From NCBI GenBank assembly GCA_000092065.1, contig CP000586.1: 64,000 nt of DNA; one strand, 5' to 3'. A model generated the notes under the pieces. That model searched no databases and had not been told where the DNA came from. It worked only from the letters and a program-made list of their open reading frames with translations. Below are positions 1 to 10,434 of this stretch, piece by piece. A program made the position numbers and the translations under genes. The DNA is from Ostreococcus lucimarinus (lineage: Eukaryota). The stretch's first letter is position 1. Every line of letters begins with the position of its first letter.

Positions 1-1020
1 GACGCCCGCGGTCGCAGTATCTGTGTAAGTAGTGCGGACGTGCAAGTACGTAAACGCGCAGATGGGCCAGAATTTGTCGCCCGACTTGTAGTAGAGGTTG
101 ATGGCAGACCAGTCACCGGCCCAATCGGTAGTCGACGTACCGGTGACTTGTGGAAACGTCACTCCTTCGCCGACTTCCTTGATTTTGGCGGTCAGGCGTC
201 CAGCCGGGTCGCCCTCCTTGGTCACGACCCATTGGTTGTTCGCGTTCTTCAAAGAAACTTCGGACAAGTTGTCGAGGTGGCCGTGGCCGGCATCGATGTA
301 CCCGATAGAGTACTCGTTAGATCCGATCGCGAGACGCATAGAATCGGACCCAGTCACACCGGTGTGTACAAAGTTGCCCGTCAAAGCGGTAGCGTCAACC
401 GCGCCCGTGAAAACAGTCGGACACGCGGCTTTCATGTAACCCCTGAGGCCGTAAGTCGACGAAGAACCGTTACTGCGCGCAATGACCTTGATGGTTTGAC
501 TGGGCAAAGTCAAACCAGAATCAGCCGCGATATCCGCATGATTCCAGTTCGTGATCGCGCCGGTAAAAATCTTCGCCACCGTGCACGCGGAGAGCTTCAT
601 TACGCCCGTGCCGACGCCCGGTACGTTGTGGAACAGAGACACGGCGCCGATTTGGAACGGGAGTTGCATGAAAGGAGCCGAAGAATCAGCGGCAAGACCG
701 TAATCGGTGCTCGCGAAATCACCAGCGTTGGCGCTCGCCCAATCAGTCGCACCTTGTCCGGAACCGACCGAGCGGTACGTCATGCGAAGCGTCGAGCCCG
801 CCATCTCTTCGAGCTTGTCCATGGCCAACCAAATCAGCTTGGACGGGTTCGTCGTCCCGGATCCGTGCAGATGAAAGTGTCGGACTTTACCAGAATTTTC
901 CTGCAGGGACTGGTCGGCGAACGCCAGCGGCGCTTGCGCGCAAATCATGGCCAAAACCGCGACCGCGAACCATCGATGACGATGGCGGCGGTGCGATTCG
1001 ATCGTCGTCGTCTTGATCAT
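1..1020 (-). CDS. PstS-like periplasmic-type phosphate-binding protein. 3' (C-terminal) part runs off the window start. N-terminal signal peptide (MIKTTTIESHRRHRHRWFAVAVLAMICAQAPLAFA).
   Basis: Reverse-strand translation reads continuously from the ATG (complement at 1018-1020) to position 1. Its ~80-residue C-terminal stretch (AKIFTGAITNWN ... LYYKSGDKFWPICAFTYLHV) matches the PstS/PBP superfamily by recall. The ORF is absent from the six-frame track because it lacks a stop inside the window. Confidence 0.6.
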   Translation of the reverse strand, partial: MIKTTTIESHRRHRHRWFAVAVLAMICAQAPLAFADQSLQENSGKVRHFHLHGSGTTNPSKLIWLAMDKLEEMAGSTLRMTYRSVGSGQGATDWASANAGDFASTDYGLAADSSAPFMQLPFQIGAVSLFHNVPGVGTGVMKLSACTVAKIFTGAITNWNHADIAADSGLTLPSQTIKVIARSNGSSSTYGLRGYMKAACPTVFTGAVDATALTGNFVHTGVTGSDSMRLAIGSNEYSIGYIDAGHGHLDNLSEVSLKNANNQWVVTKEGDPAGRLTAKIKEVGEGVTFPQVTGTSTTDWAGDWSAINLYYKSGDKFWPICAFTYLHVRTTYTDTATAGV

Positions 1021-1279
1021 TTTTCGAGGTGGAATGTCGCGAGATTCGCGTCGTCGTCGGGAGCGGGAAGTGTTCTTTCGCGCGTCTTCGTTTCAGTCTC
1101 GCCGTTGCACGCGGCGCTGAAATGTGACGCGCGCGGCGTCGCGATTCAGAGCGCCGCTCATTATAATCCCTTTTTCGCCCGTGACCTGTGCTCATGGGGG
1201 CGCCGGTGTAGGTTTCGGTTGTGGTTTCTAGCGGAGCTGTTGTGTCTATTGAGAGGGCTAATGAACTAACGGCGCGATT

Positions 1280-3607
1280 TCACGAGAGTCCGAAATCTTT
1301 GAATCGCCGATTGAAGGCGCTGTAGGACACGGAGCTGCCCGTGCGGCGATGGCCGCTCGCGTTCGAGCGCTTGACGGACGTCGCCGCGCTGACGCCCACG
1401 CTGGGGCGCTCGCCCGCTATGGCGGCGAGCTTGGTGATGCACACGTCGCGGCATCGCTCGAGCGTCGCGCGTGAAGTTGCTTTGTCGAAATCACCGCGCG
1501 CGGAGAGGACGGCGGCGACGCAGTCCAAGCCGGCGTCGGGCCAATTGCCGAGTAAGACGCCGTACTCGTGCACGAAGGCGTCGGGAGAGGCGGCGCAAAC
1601 GAGACCGCGGAGATTTTGCAAACGTGCGATCCTGCCGATGGCTTTGTTCGTCGACATACGAACGGACATGGATTGCGTGAGAGCTCGCTCGTCGGCTTCC
1701 AATCGCGCGGCCGTGTGCGGCGCGACTACGGAGGCTTGCTTTGTGAACAGGATGAATAACAGTTCGATCAAGTACTCGAACAGCGTCTCCGTCACTGAAC
1801 CCGCGACTTCGGCGGTTAGCCAATCTTCGGTATCGCCCAAATAATCCTCCACGGTCGCGAGAAGCGTGGTCATCGACTCACCAGTCGCCCACGGTCCGTC
1901 TACTTTGGAGCCGTAAAATGTGTTCATCACCTCCACCAGCCCTGGGTCGTCTAAGACTTGACGCGAAATCATCCGTCGCGCCTCGGCGTGCACGCGATTA
2001 AACACGTGCATCGCATGATCGAACTCGCGTACCATGACGTCATCCTTCATTCCGAGCGCATCTAAAATTGTCTTTTGTGTCTGCGCCGCCAAACTTCGAC
2101 ACCGGCGCGTGTCGTTGACGCCGGCAACGATGGTTTCAAACGACACCGGTTGCGCGTCGCGCGCTGCGCTGTCGTGCCCACCGCGTGAGGGTGTCCGACA
2201 AGGAACCCCAGAAAGCGTTTCACTGGGCATTCCCAGACGGTCTGCGACGGCGCTCGCATAGTTTGTAATCATCTCCGCGGCGACTCGACCGCATTGACGC
2301 ACGAAGACGTTCGATTGCGTCTCTATGGCGATCATCATCTGATCTGCGATGAGGCGAAAAAAATCCAGGTCACTCGGGTTCCATAGCTTGCCCGATCCAT
2401 CTTCTTTGGGTGGTCTCGACTTCGCCACGCGACAGAGATTATTCGTCCATCCCGAAATTGTGACGCGCAGTCTGTCGCAATACGTCTCGATGACGGTAGA
2501 TAACCCGACGGGATAAGGCAGCGGCGGGCTCTCGTTCGACTCATCGGCGTATTCAACCGAGCACGCGTGCGCGTCGTCGGTGATTTCGATATCTAAACCG
2601 AGAGACTGCATGGCGTTGAAATAGTGCTGCCCCCACTTCACCGTGGCGACCATGTCGCCGTTGGAGGTGTTAGGACTCGAACTTAAACGCGCGAGAAGAT
2701 CGCACACGCCCGCGTGATACGTCGGCGCGACGACAGTTTCAAACACACGCCATTCAGGCGGAAACGCAGGTATGGTGTAATCAAACGTTTCCGCGAGCGA
2801 CACCAAGCTCTCGTCGAGCGCGCCGACGACGTGCTCGATGCTTTCCTTGTCGTCTAAACCGCTGAACCCTTCGGCGATTAACGCCAGTCGAGCCTCGACG
2901 GCGATCGACATTTGCTCGAGAACCTTCGTCTTCCACCGCTTCGGCTCTGGCGGCGCGACATTGATGACTTTATTCGTCGCCGCGTCCAATTCCGGCTCAA
3001 ACGTCAGCGCGTCTCGCTCAAACTCCTCGTCCAGCACCTCTTGCTCCGCCACCACGCGCACGGCTCGCACGAGCCCGACCGACCCCGACTCCCCCGCTAA
3101 TATCCCTTGCCGAACGCTGTTCCACAGCACCCCCTCAAACGTCGTCCACGCCGCGTCCACGCGCTCGAACTCGTCGTCGTCGAACACCCCGCGTTTCCGT
3201 TCCCCTACCCTCGCCAGCGCCGCGCGCACCGCGCACAGATCCACCTCCAGCGTCGTCAACGTCTCCCACGTCTCGAACATTCTCGTCTCATCCCGCTCGA
3301 GCGCGTCGATCGCGCGCGTCGCCCGCGCGCCCGGCTCCGACGCCTCGCGCGCGTCCCGAAGCGCCCGCTCCACCTCCGTCAACCCTCCGTCGTCCTCGCG
3401 CGCGCCCTTCCCCTCGCCGTCGCCGCGTCGCCTCGCGAACATCTCCGCGAGCTCTCCCAGCGCATCGCGCGTCTCGCTCGCCGTGTCCCTAAGCTTTCGC
3501 GCGCGCGCCACGCCGTCCTCGATGATTTTCAACCGTTCGCGCAAGCGCGCGCGTCGCGCCTCCAGCGTCTTCGTCGCGCGCGCGCGCGCGCCGTCGTCGC
3601 CGCGCAT
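1280..3607 (-). CDS. Exocyst complex component Sec6/EXOC3 (CATCHR tethering family).
   Basis: 775-aa ORF. Segments PPEPKRWKTKVLEQMSIAVEARL and LVSLAETFDYTIPAFPPEWRVFETVV align by recall to human EXOC3 PPGRPKNWKEKMFTILERTV and CFPPHYEIFKNLL. N-terminal coiled coil and the length also fit Sec6. Confidence 0.65.
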   Translation of the reverse strand: MRGDDGARARATKTLEARRARLRERLKIIEDGVARARKLRDTASETRDALGELAEMFARRRGDGEGKGAREDDGGLTEVERALRDAREASEPGARATRAIDALERDETRMFETWETLTTLEVDLCAVRAALARVGERKRGVFDDDEFERVDAAWTTFEGVLWNSVRQGILAGESGSVGLVRAVRVVAEQEVLDEEFERDALTFEPELDAATNKVINVAPPEPKRWKTKVLEQMSIAVEARLALIAEGFSGLDDKESIEHVVGALDESLVSLAETFDYTIPAFPPEWRVFETVVAPTYHAGVCDLLARLSSSPNTSNGDMVATVKWGQHYFNAMQSLGLDIEITDDAHACSVEYADESNESPPLPYPVGLSTVIETYCDRLRVTISGWTNNLCRVAKSRPPKEDGSGKLWNPSDLDFFRLIADQMMIAIETQSNVFVRQCGRVAAEMITNYASAVADRLGMPSETLSGVPCRTPSRGGHDSAARDAQPVSFETIVAGVNDTRRCRSLAAQTQKTILDALGMKDDVMVREFDHAMHVFNRVHAEARRMISRQVLDDPGLVEVMNTFYGSKVDGPWATGESMTTLLATVEDYLGDTEDWLTAEVAGSVTETLFEYLIELLFILFTKQASVVAPHTAARLEADERALTQSMSVRMSTNKAIGRIARLQNLRGLVCAASPDAFVHEYGVLLGNWPDAGLDCVAAVLSARGDFDKATSRATLERCRDVCITKLAAIAGERPSVGVSAATSVKRSNASGHRRTGSSVSYSAFNRRFKDFGLS

Positions 3608-3857
3608 GTCGACTCACGCGCGCGCTCGGCGCATCGCGCGCGCGTCGCGCGCGCGACGTCGTGTGCCGCGCGCGATGCGCCGCGCGCGCGCGTCGAGACG
3701 ATCGGCGTCGGCACTACGCGTCGCGCCGACGCGTCGCGCCGCGGCTCGCGTCGCGGCTCGACGACGACGCGCCGCGTCCCGCGCGCGCGCGCGCGGGCGA
3801 ACGCGCGCGCGCGCGACGCGCGCGAGGGCGCGCTCGAGCGCCAGCGCTGGCGCGGAC

Positions 3858-6800
3858 ATGGCGCGGTCGACGGCGTCGCCGCGCGGCGACGCGGTCGCGG
3901 CGCGCGCGGGCGGCGCGGGCGCGCGGGGAGGTCGCGACCGCGCGACGCGCGCGCGCGGCGGCGCGCGATGCGCGGCGCGACGGACGCGGCGACGCGCGAG
4001 CGCGGTGAAGGTTGGATCTTTGAAGCGCGACGACGACGCGCGCGACGACGAAGACGCGAGCGGACGCGCGCGAACGACGCGCGCGGCGGAGGAAACGAGC
4101 GAGGAGACGTCGACGTCGGAAGACGCGACGACGGGGGAAACGACGAGCGGCTCGGCGAAGATGATCGTCGATAGCGGGGAGGTGGTGGACGAGCGGGACG
4201 GCGCGGGCGGGACGGTGCGGTTGCGTCGACAGCCGAAGGCGGAGGAGTCGACGACGCCGGGAGGGACGGTTCGTAAGAAGGTTGATCCGTCGCGAGGGGT
4301 TCGACCGGGGTTTAAGCGGTCGTACGCGCGAGAGGCGTTGCAGAGAGTCCGTCGGGACGCGGCGGACGCGCTGGACAACATGCGAGCGAGCCGAGACGAC
4401 GCGGGGGCGTCGTCGTCGAAGGCTTCCGTCGGCGGTGATGACGAATTGTCTCGAGCGAAAGTGGCTGGCGAAGCCATGGCGCTCGCGAAAGTCACCGCCG
4501 ACGCGCTCAGAGGAACCGGACCGATCACGATGGAAGAGTGGAGCTCGGCGATGTCCACGGCGTTGTCCGCGGTGTGGCGCGAACTCTGGTATCGATGGAG
4601 TTCTGTTTTGCGACGTTCGGCGTCTTGGGCGCTCGCAATTTCAGCCGTGATCTCCGCGGCGTTTCATTACATCGTCGGCCCGGCGTTCGTCAGTCCGAGA
4701 CTTCCCATGATCGGCGACATCGCGAGTTCGGCGGTCGGGCGTCCCGTGCGCGTCGGGAGATGCAAGAGTCTGTCTTTCATGGGTGTTCTCGGTTTCGGCA
4801 AAGTCTTGGAGGTTGGTCCCGTAGTTCTCGGCCCGTCGGATACAGAGAAGAGCATAGTCGAAATAGACTCGCTGAAGATTTCTTACGACGTACTCCGTTC
4901 TATTTTGAGGAGAAAGTTGGTCACCGAGGTGCGCCTGGAGGGCGTCAACGCGACGCTTCGTCAAGGCGCAAACAACTCTTGGTTTGGGTATCCAGAAGAT
5001 ACAAAACCGCTGAGCTCGCGTCCTACGCTCAACCTCGCACCGAGCTCGAAGAATTCAAAGAAGAAGCAAGGCGCACCATCGGTCGAACTGAGAGTTGTTC
5101 GTCTCGACCGAGGCAACGCTAAATTGCACATCACCGGCGATCCAGAGCCGCGGAGATTGAACAATCTTCAAGGAAAAGCGGTGATTAACCACGTGGGTAG
5201 AGTCGAACTGGACCTGAACATGACGCCCGACACGAGACAAACGCCACCCACGAAGCGTCCGACGACTATGCTCGCCGATAGCCCCGTGATGAATTTGCGA
5301 ACGGAGCAAACTCCCGCCATGTCGCGATCTTTGGAGACGGAGATTCAAAGAGGTTCGAATGGTGGGCAGATTCGTGTGTTTGCGACGCTTTCACCGCCAC
5401 AGCAGCGAGGTTTTCGAACTCGGGATTGGCCAGATTTAAAAGTTCGAGCGCAACTTAACAACACGAGCGCCGCCGTTCTCGAGCGCGTCATTCCGAATTT
5501 ACCGATCGACGTGCGTGGCGGGCGTTTGGATGGCGAAGTTCGGCTCATGTGTAACAGTCAAGCGACGTGGACCTTCCCTGATTTTGTCGGCCAACTCAAG
5601 GGTAAACATCTGTGGTTTCACTTCTTTGATTCCACCGATGACTTTGCGGACACCGACGTTGATTTGGTCTTTGAAGGCCAGCGAATGTACATACACGGCG
5701 GCGAGGGACACTTCGGGCATGTTCCGCTTACCATCACGGGCGATCTCGACTTGAACTCGCTTGGTGGTGAATATCGCCTCAGCGCTCAGGTGAGCCCCGT
5801 GGAGATACATGATTTGCGAGAGACGCTGGGCGTGCGTCCTTTGCCTCGTCCGGTGGCAGGAAGTGTGAAGGGCTTTTTGTACTGCTCGGGACCGTTGGAT
5901 TCGCCAGTGTTCACCGGCAGAGCGGAGACCACAGATCCGACTTTAGCGGATTTGAGTAAGGCGAAACCTGGAACGGAGATGGCTTGGAGCGAAGAAGCTG
6001 TCAAGGGCGCCGTGGGCGAAGGTGCAGTCGCGGCGTACGACCGCGTTCCCTTCAAGTCTGCTAACGCAGTATTCACCGCGAATGTTAAAAAAGGCGAGTT
6101 CTCGCTTCACAGCGCTGAGGCGATTCCAGTGGATGGTGGAAAGTTGCGAGGTTCCGGCCGAATTTCGATCAAGCCTGATGCGTTGTTCGACCCTAACGCG
6201 TGCGATGTTGAAGGTACTGGTGTCGATCTCGACTTTCTTAAAATAGCCAAAAGATTGTCCCGAGACGAAGAACTGCCGTGGCTCGATCGCGTGTGCCCGT
6301 CCTCGCCGGCAAACGTGTCAGGAACGTTTGTTGGCGCGTTGTCAGAGCCAATCCTCAACGCCAATTTTACGGTCGAAGATGATGAGTACAAAGGACACTT
6401 GACAATGACACGAGATGGAGTGATGACAAACATTGAAACCCCGGTGCTCGAGATGAAAGCGTCGATCGCGACGAAATTTCAGCCCTTGGAGGAGCAACTC
6501 AAGGCGACGACGGTTGAACAAGCCATCGCACTCGGCAAACCAAAGGTGACTGACGCAGAAGCTGATCTCATGCTGAACGGCGCTGATGTTGCCGCGTGGA
6601 TGAATGAAATAGATGCGGCGGATGCGCCTGATCGTCTCCGTCTCCGCCTCGGGGGGCGCACGCGGGTTAAGGGCAAGTTTGCGCAACCGCGTAACGAGGA
6701 CGGCGAGGAGGTTGAAGACGCGTTGCCAACGTTTTCGGGGCACATGCAACTAGATAATTTACGAGTGAACAAATTAGAATTCGCTCCTAAAATGGCTGGA

Positions 6801-9800
6801 AAGCTCACGGTATCGGAGTCAGGCCTAAAGTTGCGCGCGAAGAACCGCGGTGACGAGCTCTTCGATATGTCTGTAGAAAGCGGAGGCAAGTCCATGGTGC
6901 AAATCCGTCGCAACAATTTGAAAATTTCTGCCGACGTCGATGATTTTGCGGGGAGCTTTGACGTCGCGGGTCTGTTGCTCGACGACTTAGAGTTTGCATC
7001 ATTACGTGGCAAAGTAGAAGCGGCGAGTGCAAAAATTGATTTGCGTGATCGCGTCGGTGTTGGCAGCCTGCAGTTGAAGCAGCCACGTCTGAGTGGTATT
7101 TCGGGGGATTCACTGGAGGCCGACGTCACGTGGGCGGATCGCGTCGTCAGTCTTCAACGCGCGACGTTGAAGCAGGCGAAGTCGCAATACGATGCCGACG
7201 GAGACTATGCCTTGCCGGATGATATCTGGAACTCTTTGCCGAGCGAACGCGTCGTAGTTGAGGTGGAAGAAGTTTCAGAAGTTGAAGAAGTCCTCCTGCC
7301 GGCGCCAGTCGATGACGGCGTCGCGCAGTCGTCGCTGCCGGAAGACGTGCAAGTGATCGAAATCGTTCCGAAAGACGCCAAAAATAATACTGAGACGATC
7401 GTTGGTAAGCGAGTGAGATTTCCTCGTCCAGCGATTTTGGACAAAGTTGGTAATTCCGTAAAGAGTCTCGCCAAAAAACTCGACGCTTTGCGGAAACCGG
7501 CTACCACGACCACCGGCGAAAACACTCGTTCGGGTGCCGATGTTGTGGCTACCGAGCCCGTCGAGCCCGTTTCGAAGAAAGATGGAGTGCCCGAACCGAT
7601 CATCGCACGAGCGACGAAGGATGTTGAGCAGCTCGAAACTGGCACAGACACGGACAGCGAAGGGACTGACGTGGACAAGCCTTCGAGCGCGTCGACTGAG
7701 ATCAAAAACGTTGAAAGCGTCGCCGACGCCGCCGCCGTTGCTGAGACTGTTGCTGAGCAGACGAGTGAAAGCGAGAAAGAAACCTCTCTGATGGAGCCCG
7801 TGTTAGTCGCCGGGGAAGCGGAAGTAGCCCAAAAAGCGAAACCGAACGCCGCGGCGAACGCAGTTCGCGGCGTGTTGCGGTCGGCTCGTAACGTCGTCAA
7901 ATCAAACAAAGTCAACGAGAAAGAGAAGGATGAAAAATCTCGTATCACGCTTTCATCTTACGAGAACGAGTTTAATTCGGACGTTTCTGGTGCGTGGCGC
8001 TTCCGACTCGCGGTGCCTGAGGCAGATATTGAAGAGATGCTTCCAGTTCTTCGTGTCCTTACGGATTTGCGAAAAGGGGCGACGCCCGAAGAGTATGGCC
8101 GAGCCAAGCAAGCGTTCCTCGAAGGTGTCGAAAAAACGGGATACGCGATCGTCGACTTGGCGAGGCAAGTTGATGAAGTTACGACGAAGCAAAAGAGCGA
8201 AGCTCCAGTCGCCGAGTCAGCTACGTCGACGGACGACACGAAGGAAGTTAGTGAGACGACGAAGACATTGCCCGGTTTACAAGATTTGAAGGGTGGTTGG
8301 CACGGTATGATTCAAGCCACCGGCGGCGGCGCTTTGGAGACGTTTGATTCGCCGCAACCGACGGAAACCGTCCTTTTCGACGTTGCCGGTAGCGATTGGC
8401 AATGGGGACCTTACAAAGTTGAACGCGTCGAAGCTCAAGGCGAAGCGAGTTCGAGCGAAGGCGTCAAGTTGACGAGCTTAGAAGTGTCTTCGGACGCCGC
8501 GAGTCTTTCCGTGTCGGGCGCTATCGGTGGTTCTCGTCAAGACGCGACGTTTGCCGTCAGAGACCTCCCAGCGCCCTTACTCGGCGCATTTGTTGGGCCG
8601 CTCATGCCCGAGCAAGACTTGAGCGACTTCCCACGAATAGGTGGCGATTTCCTCGTGCAAGGTCATTTGGGCGGTTCGGTGACGGCGCCCGAGGGCGAGT
8701 TCCTGATGAGACTTCGAGACGGCAAGATCGGTAATGTCAAGCTGAAGAGCGCCGAGTTGAGTGCGGAGTTGAACGAAGCTCGCCGTGCAGAGTTTGAGGG
8801 CGAGGCGGTGCCAGCTGTAGGTTCTGGTCTCGTGCGCATAGCGGGCGTCGTACCGCTTCCGGAAGCGAACGATCAGTCTCTCGCCGTCGACTGGCGTGTG
8901 CGAGAGCACGGCATGACGCTGCTCACGGCATTCGTCCCAGAAGTCGCCGAATGGCAGAGTGGATCGGCCGATATGTCGTTGCACGTCAGAGGTACGCCTG
9001 CGGCGCCTGTTTACGATGGCGTCATGGAAATAAGAAAGGCACGGATCTTGTCTCCTTTGCTCGCCCGCCCGATTTATCCGGCCAATGCGACTCTGCGCAT
9101 CCAGCGCAACACACTTTACGTCGACGACATCGAAGCAAAGAGCGCCAAGGGCGTAGTGCGAATCAAAGGAGCCATGCCGTTGTTGAAGCCAAGCCGCAGC
9201 TCCGGTGGCGAGACGTGGGAAGGTCTCGTAGCTCGCGCAGACACGCAAGGAGGCGTAAAGATGACGATCGACGGCCTCGATGTCCGCGCAAGAAATGTGT
9301 ACAACGGACAGCTGAACGCCGCTATGGTGGCGAAGGGAACTGTCACGGCCCCGGAACTTAGCGGAGATGTGCGATTCTCGAGAGGTACCGCGTTCGTGCA
9401 GCAGCAGCCACCGAACGCGGACGAAATGCTCAATCAAACGAAGTCTGGCGCGTTGTCGGGGGCGAAGAGAGATTCGCGCGGAGTGCTGGCTGGGATTTTA
9501 GAGCGAGCCGCGAGAGCAAATGATCCGAACCACGGCGAAGCGGGCAATCAGACTGAAAATGAACTCATGAACGAGAAGAATCTCGAAAAGTTGCAGAATT
9601 TGCGCTTACGAGGCCTTCATCTTTCTGTCGGACCTGAGATGTCTGTCGTTTACCCGTTTGTGTTGAACTTTGGCGTCAGCGGCGAACTCACGCTCGATGG
9701 CGTGATTGATGCAGGCCTTTTACGACCGAACGGCTCGCTTCTGTTCGATCGCGGTGACGTCAACTTGGTGGCGACACAAATCAGACTCGATCGAGACCAC

Positions 9801-10400
9801 CCGAACAGAATTGTGTTCACACCAGAGCAAGGACTCGACCCCTACGTCGACATTTCCTTCCTCGGCACGGATCTTCGAGCTCTCATACAAGGCCCGGCTT
9901 CAAGGTGGACGGACAGCCTCACGTTAACGTCTTCTGCGCAGACTACTCCCGGCGAAGGTGACGCGACGCTGTCTCCAAGTGAAGCCGCTCGCATTTTCGA
10001 AGGTCAGCTGGTGGAATCGCTCCTCGAACAAGACGGAAAAATCGCCTTTAGCAACTTGGCGTCGACGACGTTGGCGTCGCTCATGCCAAAGATTGAGGCC
10101 GGTGGCAACGTCGGCAAGGCGCGCTGGAGATTGACCGCGGCGCCATCGTTGCCGGGTTTGCTTTCACTCGACCCTGACTTGGATCCGTTCAGCAACACTG
10201 GATCGTTTACCCTCGGCTCCGAAGCGGAGATTTCATTCGGCGATTCGTTGCAAGCGACGTTGAGTCGCAACCTCGACGCCGACGAAATGCGTACGGAGCT
10301 GTCGCTCATGTACAAACTTACCAGTAAGCTCCGAATGCAGTTAAAGAGCCTGTCGGCGTCGGCGACGAGAGTGATGTTCGAATTCAGCACGAAAGATTAA
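3858..10400 (+). CDS. TIC236/TamB-like large envelope protein with C-terminal DUF490 (translocation and assembly module B homologue), probably chloroplast inner envelope.
   Basis: ORF 2838-10400. The first ~1 kb is Arg/Ala/Ser low-complexity and overlaps the Sec6 gene on the other strand. The real start is probably the in-frame ATG at 3858 (MARSTASPRGDAV... transit-peptide-like), followed by a TM helix (LAISAVISAAFHYIVGPAF). The C-terminal ~350 aa (RLRGLHLSVGPEMSVVYPFVLNFGVSGELTLDG ... DRGDVNLVATQIRLDRDHPNRIVFTP) is typical of TamB/DUF490. Confidence 0.6.
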   Translation: MARSTASPRGDAVAARAGGAGARGGRDRATRARGGARCAARRTRRRASAVKVGSLKRDDDARDDEDASGRARTTRAAEETSEETSTSEDATTGETTSGSAKMIVDSGEVVDERDGAGGTVRLRRQPKAEESTTPGGTVRKKVDPSRGVRPGFKRSYAREALQRVRRDAADALDNMRASRDDAGASSSKASVGGDDELSRAKVAGEAMALAKVTADALRGTGPITMEEWSSAMSTALSAVWRELWYRWSSVLRRSASWALAISAVISAAFHYIVGPAFVSPRLPMIGDIASSAVGRPVRVGRCKSLSFMGVLGFGKVLEVGPVVLGPSDTEKSIVEIDSLKISYDVLRSILRRKLVTEVRLEGVNATLRQGANNSWFGYPEDTKPLSSRPTLNLAPSSKNSKKKQGAPSVELRVVRLDRGNAKLHITGDPEPRRLNNLQGKAVINHVGRVELDLNMTPDTRQTPPTKRPTTMLADSPVMNLRTEQTPAMSRSLETEIQRGSNGGQIRVFATLSPPQQRGFRTRDWPDLKVRAQLNNTSAAVLERVIPNLPIDVRGGRLDGEVRLMCNSQATWTFPDFVGQLKGKHLWFHFFDSTDDFADTDVDLVFEGQRMYIHGGEGHFGHVPLTITGDLDLNSLGGEYRLSAQVSPVEIHDLRETLGVRPLPRPVAGSVKGFLYCSGPLDSPVFTGRAETTDPTLADLSKAKPGTEMAWSEEAVKGAVGEGAVAAYDRVPFKSANAVFTANVKKGEFSLHSAEAIPVDGGKLRGSGRISIKPDALFDPNACDVEGTGVDLDFLKIAKRLSRDEELPWLDRVCPSSPANVSGTFVGALSEPILNANFTVEDDEYKGHLTMTRDGVMTNIETPVLEMKASIATKFQPLEEQLKATTVEQAIALGKPKVTDAEADLMLNGADVAAWMNEIDAADAPDRLRLRLGGRTRVKGKFAQPRNEDGEEVEDALPTFSGHMQLDNLRVNKLEFAPKMAGKLTVSESGLKLRAKNRGDELFDMSVESGGKSMVQIRRNNLKISADVDDFAGSFDVAGLLLDDLEFASLRGKVEAASAKIDLRDRVGVGSLQLKQPRLSGISGDSLEADVTWADRVVSLQRATLKQAKSQYDADGDYALPDDIWNSLPSERVVVEVEEVSEVEEVLLPAPVDDGVAQSSLPEDVQVIEIVPKDAKNNTETIVGKRVRFPRPAILDKVGNSVKSLAKKLDALRKPATTTTGENTRSGADVVATEPVEPVSKKDGVPEPIIARATKDVEQLETGTDTDSEGTDVDKPSSASTEIKNVESVADAAAVAETVAEQTSESEKETSLMEPVLVAGEAEVAQKAKPNAAANAVRGVLRSARNVVKSNKVNEKEKDEKSRITLSSYENEFNSDVSGAWRFRLAVPEADIEEMLPVLRVLTDLRKGATPEEYGRAKQAFLEGVEKTGYAIVDLARQVDEVTTKQKSEAPVAESATSTDDTKEVSETTKTLPGLQDLKGGWHGMIQATGGGALETFDSPQPTETVLFDVAGSDWQWGPYKVERVEAQGEASSSEGVKLTSLEVSSDAASLSVSGAIGGSRQDATFAVRDLPAPLLGAFVGPLMPEQDLSDFPRIGGDFLVQGHLGGSVTAPEGEFLMRLRDGKIGNVKLKSAELSAELNEARRAEFEGEAVPAVGSGLVRIAGVVPLPEANDQSLAVDWRVREHGMTLLTAFVPEVAEWQSGSADMSLHVRGTPAAPVYDGVMEIRKARILSPLLARPIYPANATLRIQRNTLYVDDIEAKSAKGVVRIKGAMPLLKPSRSSGGETWEGLVARADTQGGVKMTIDGLDVRARNVYNGQLNAAMVAKGTVTAPELSGDVRFSRGTAFVQQQPPNADEMLNQTKSGALSGAKRDSRGVLAGILERAARANDPNHGEAGNQTENELMNEKNLEKLQNLRLRGLHLSVGPEMSVVYPFVLNFGVSGELTLDGVIDAGLLRPNGSLLFDRGDVNLVATQIRLDRDHPNRIVFTPEQGLDPYVDISFLGTDLRALIQGPASRWTDSLTLTSSAQTTPGEGDATLSPSEAARIFEGQLVESLLEQDGKIAFSNLASTTLASLMPKIEAGGNVGKARWRLTAAPSLPGLLSLDPDLDPFSNTGSFTLGSEAEISFGDSLQATLSRNLDADEMRTELSLMYKLTSKLRMQLKSLSASATRVMFEFSTKD

Positions 10401-10434
10401 TTCACATTGTAATTTTACACGCGTTGCTGCCGCG

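Noticed and set aside
40-1269. 409-aa + strand ORF (and 98-439 +).
   Set aside because: It lies antisense to the much better-supported PstS-like reading frame on the minus strand. The translation has no recognisable domains. This is a typical chance ORF in GC-rich DNA.
2838-3857. N-terminal 340 codons of ORF 2838-10400, plus overlapping ORFs 3107-4174 (+), 3614-4558 (-) and 3661-4008 (+).
   Set aside because: Ser/Ala/Arg low-complexity translations that overlap the Sec6 gene on the opposite strand. The TIC236-like protein most plausibly starts at ATG 3858.
8577-9437. 286-aa minus-strand ORF and other internal antisense ORFs inside the TIC236-like gene (for example 6479-7129, 7205-7948).
   Set aside because: Antisense to a long, clearly coding frame. 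Compositionally biased with no motifs.
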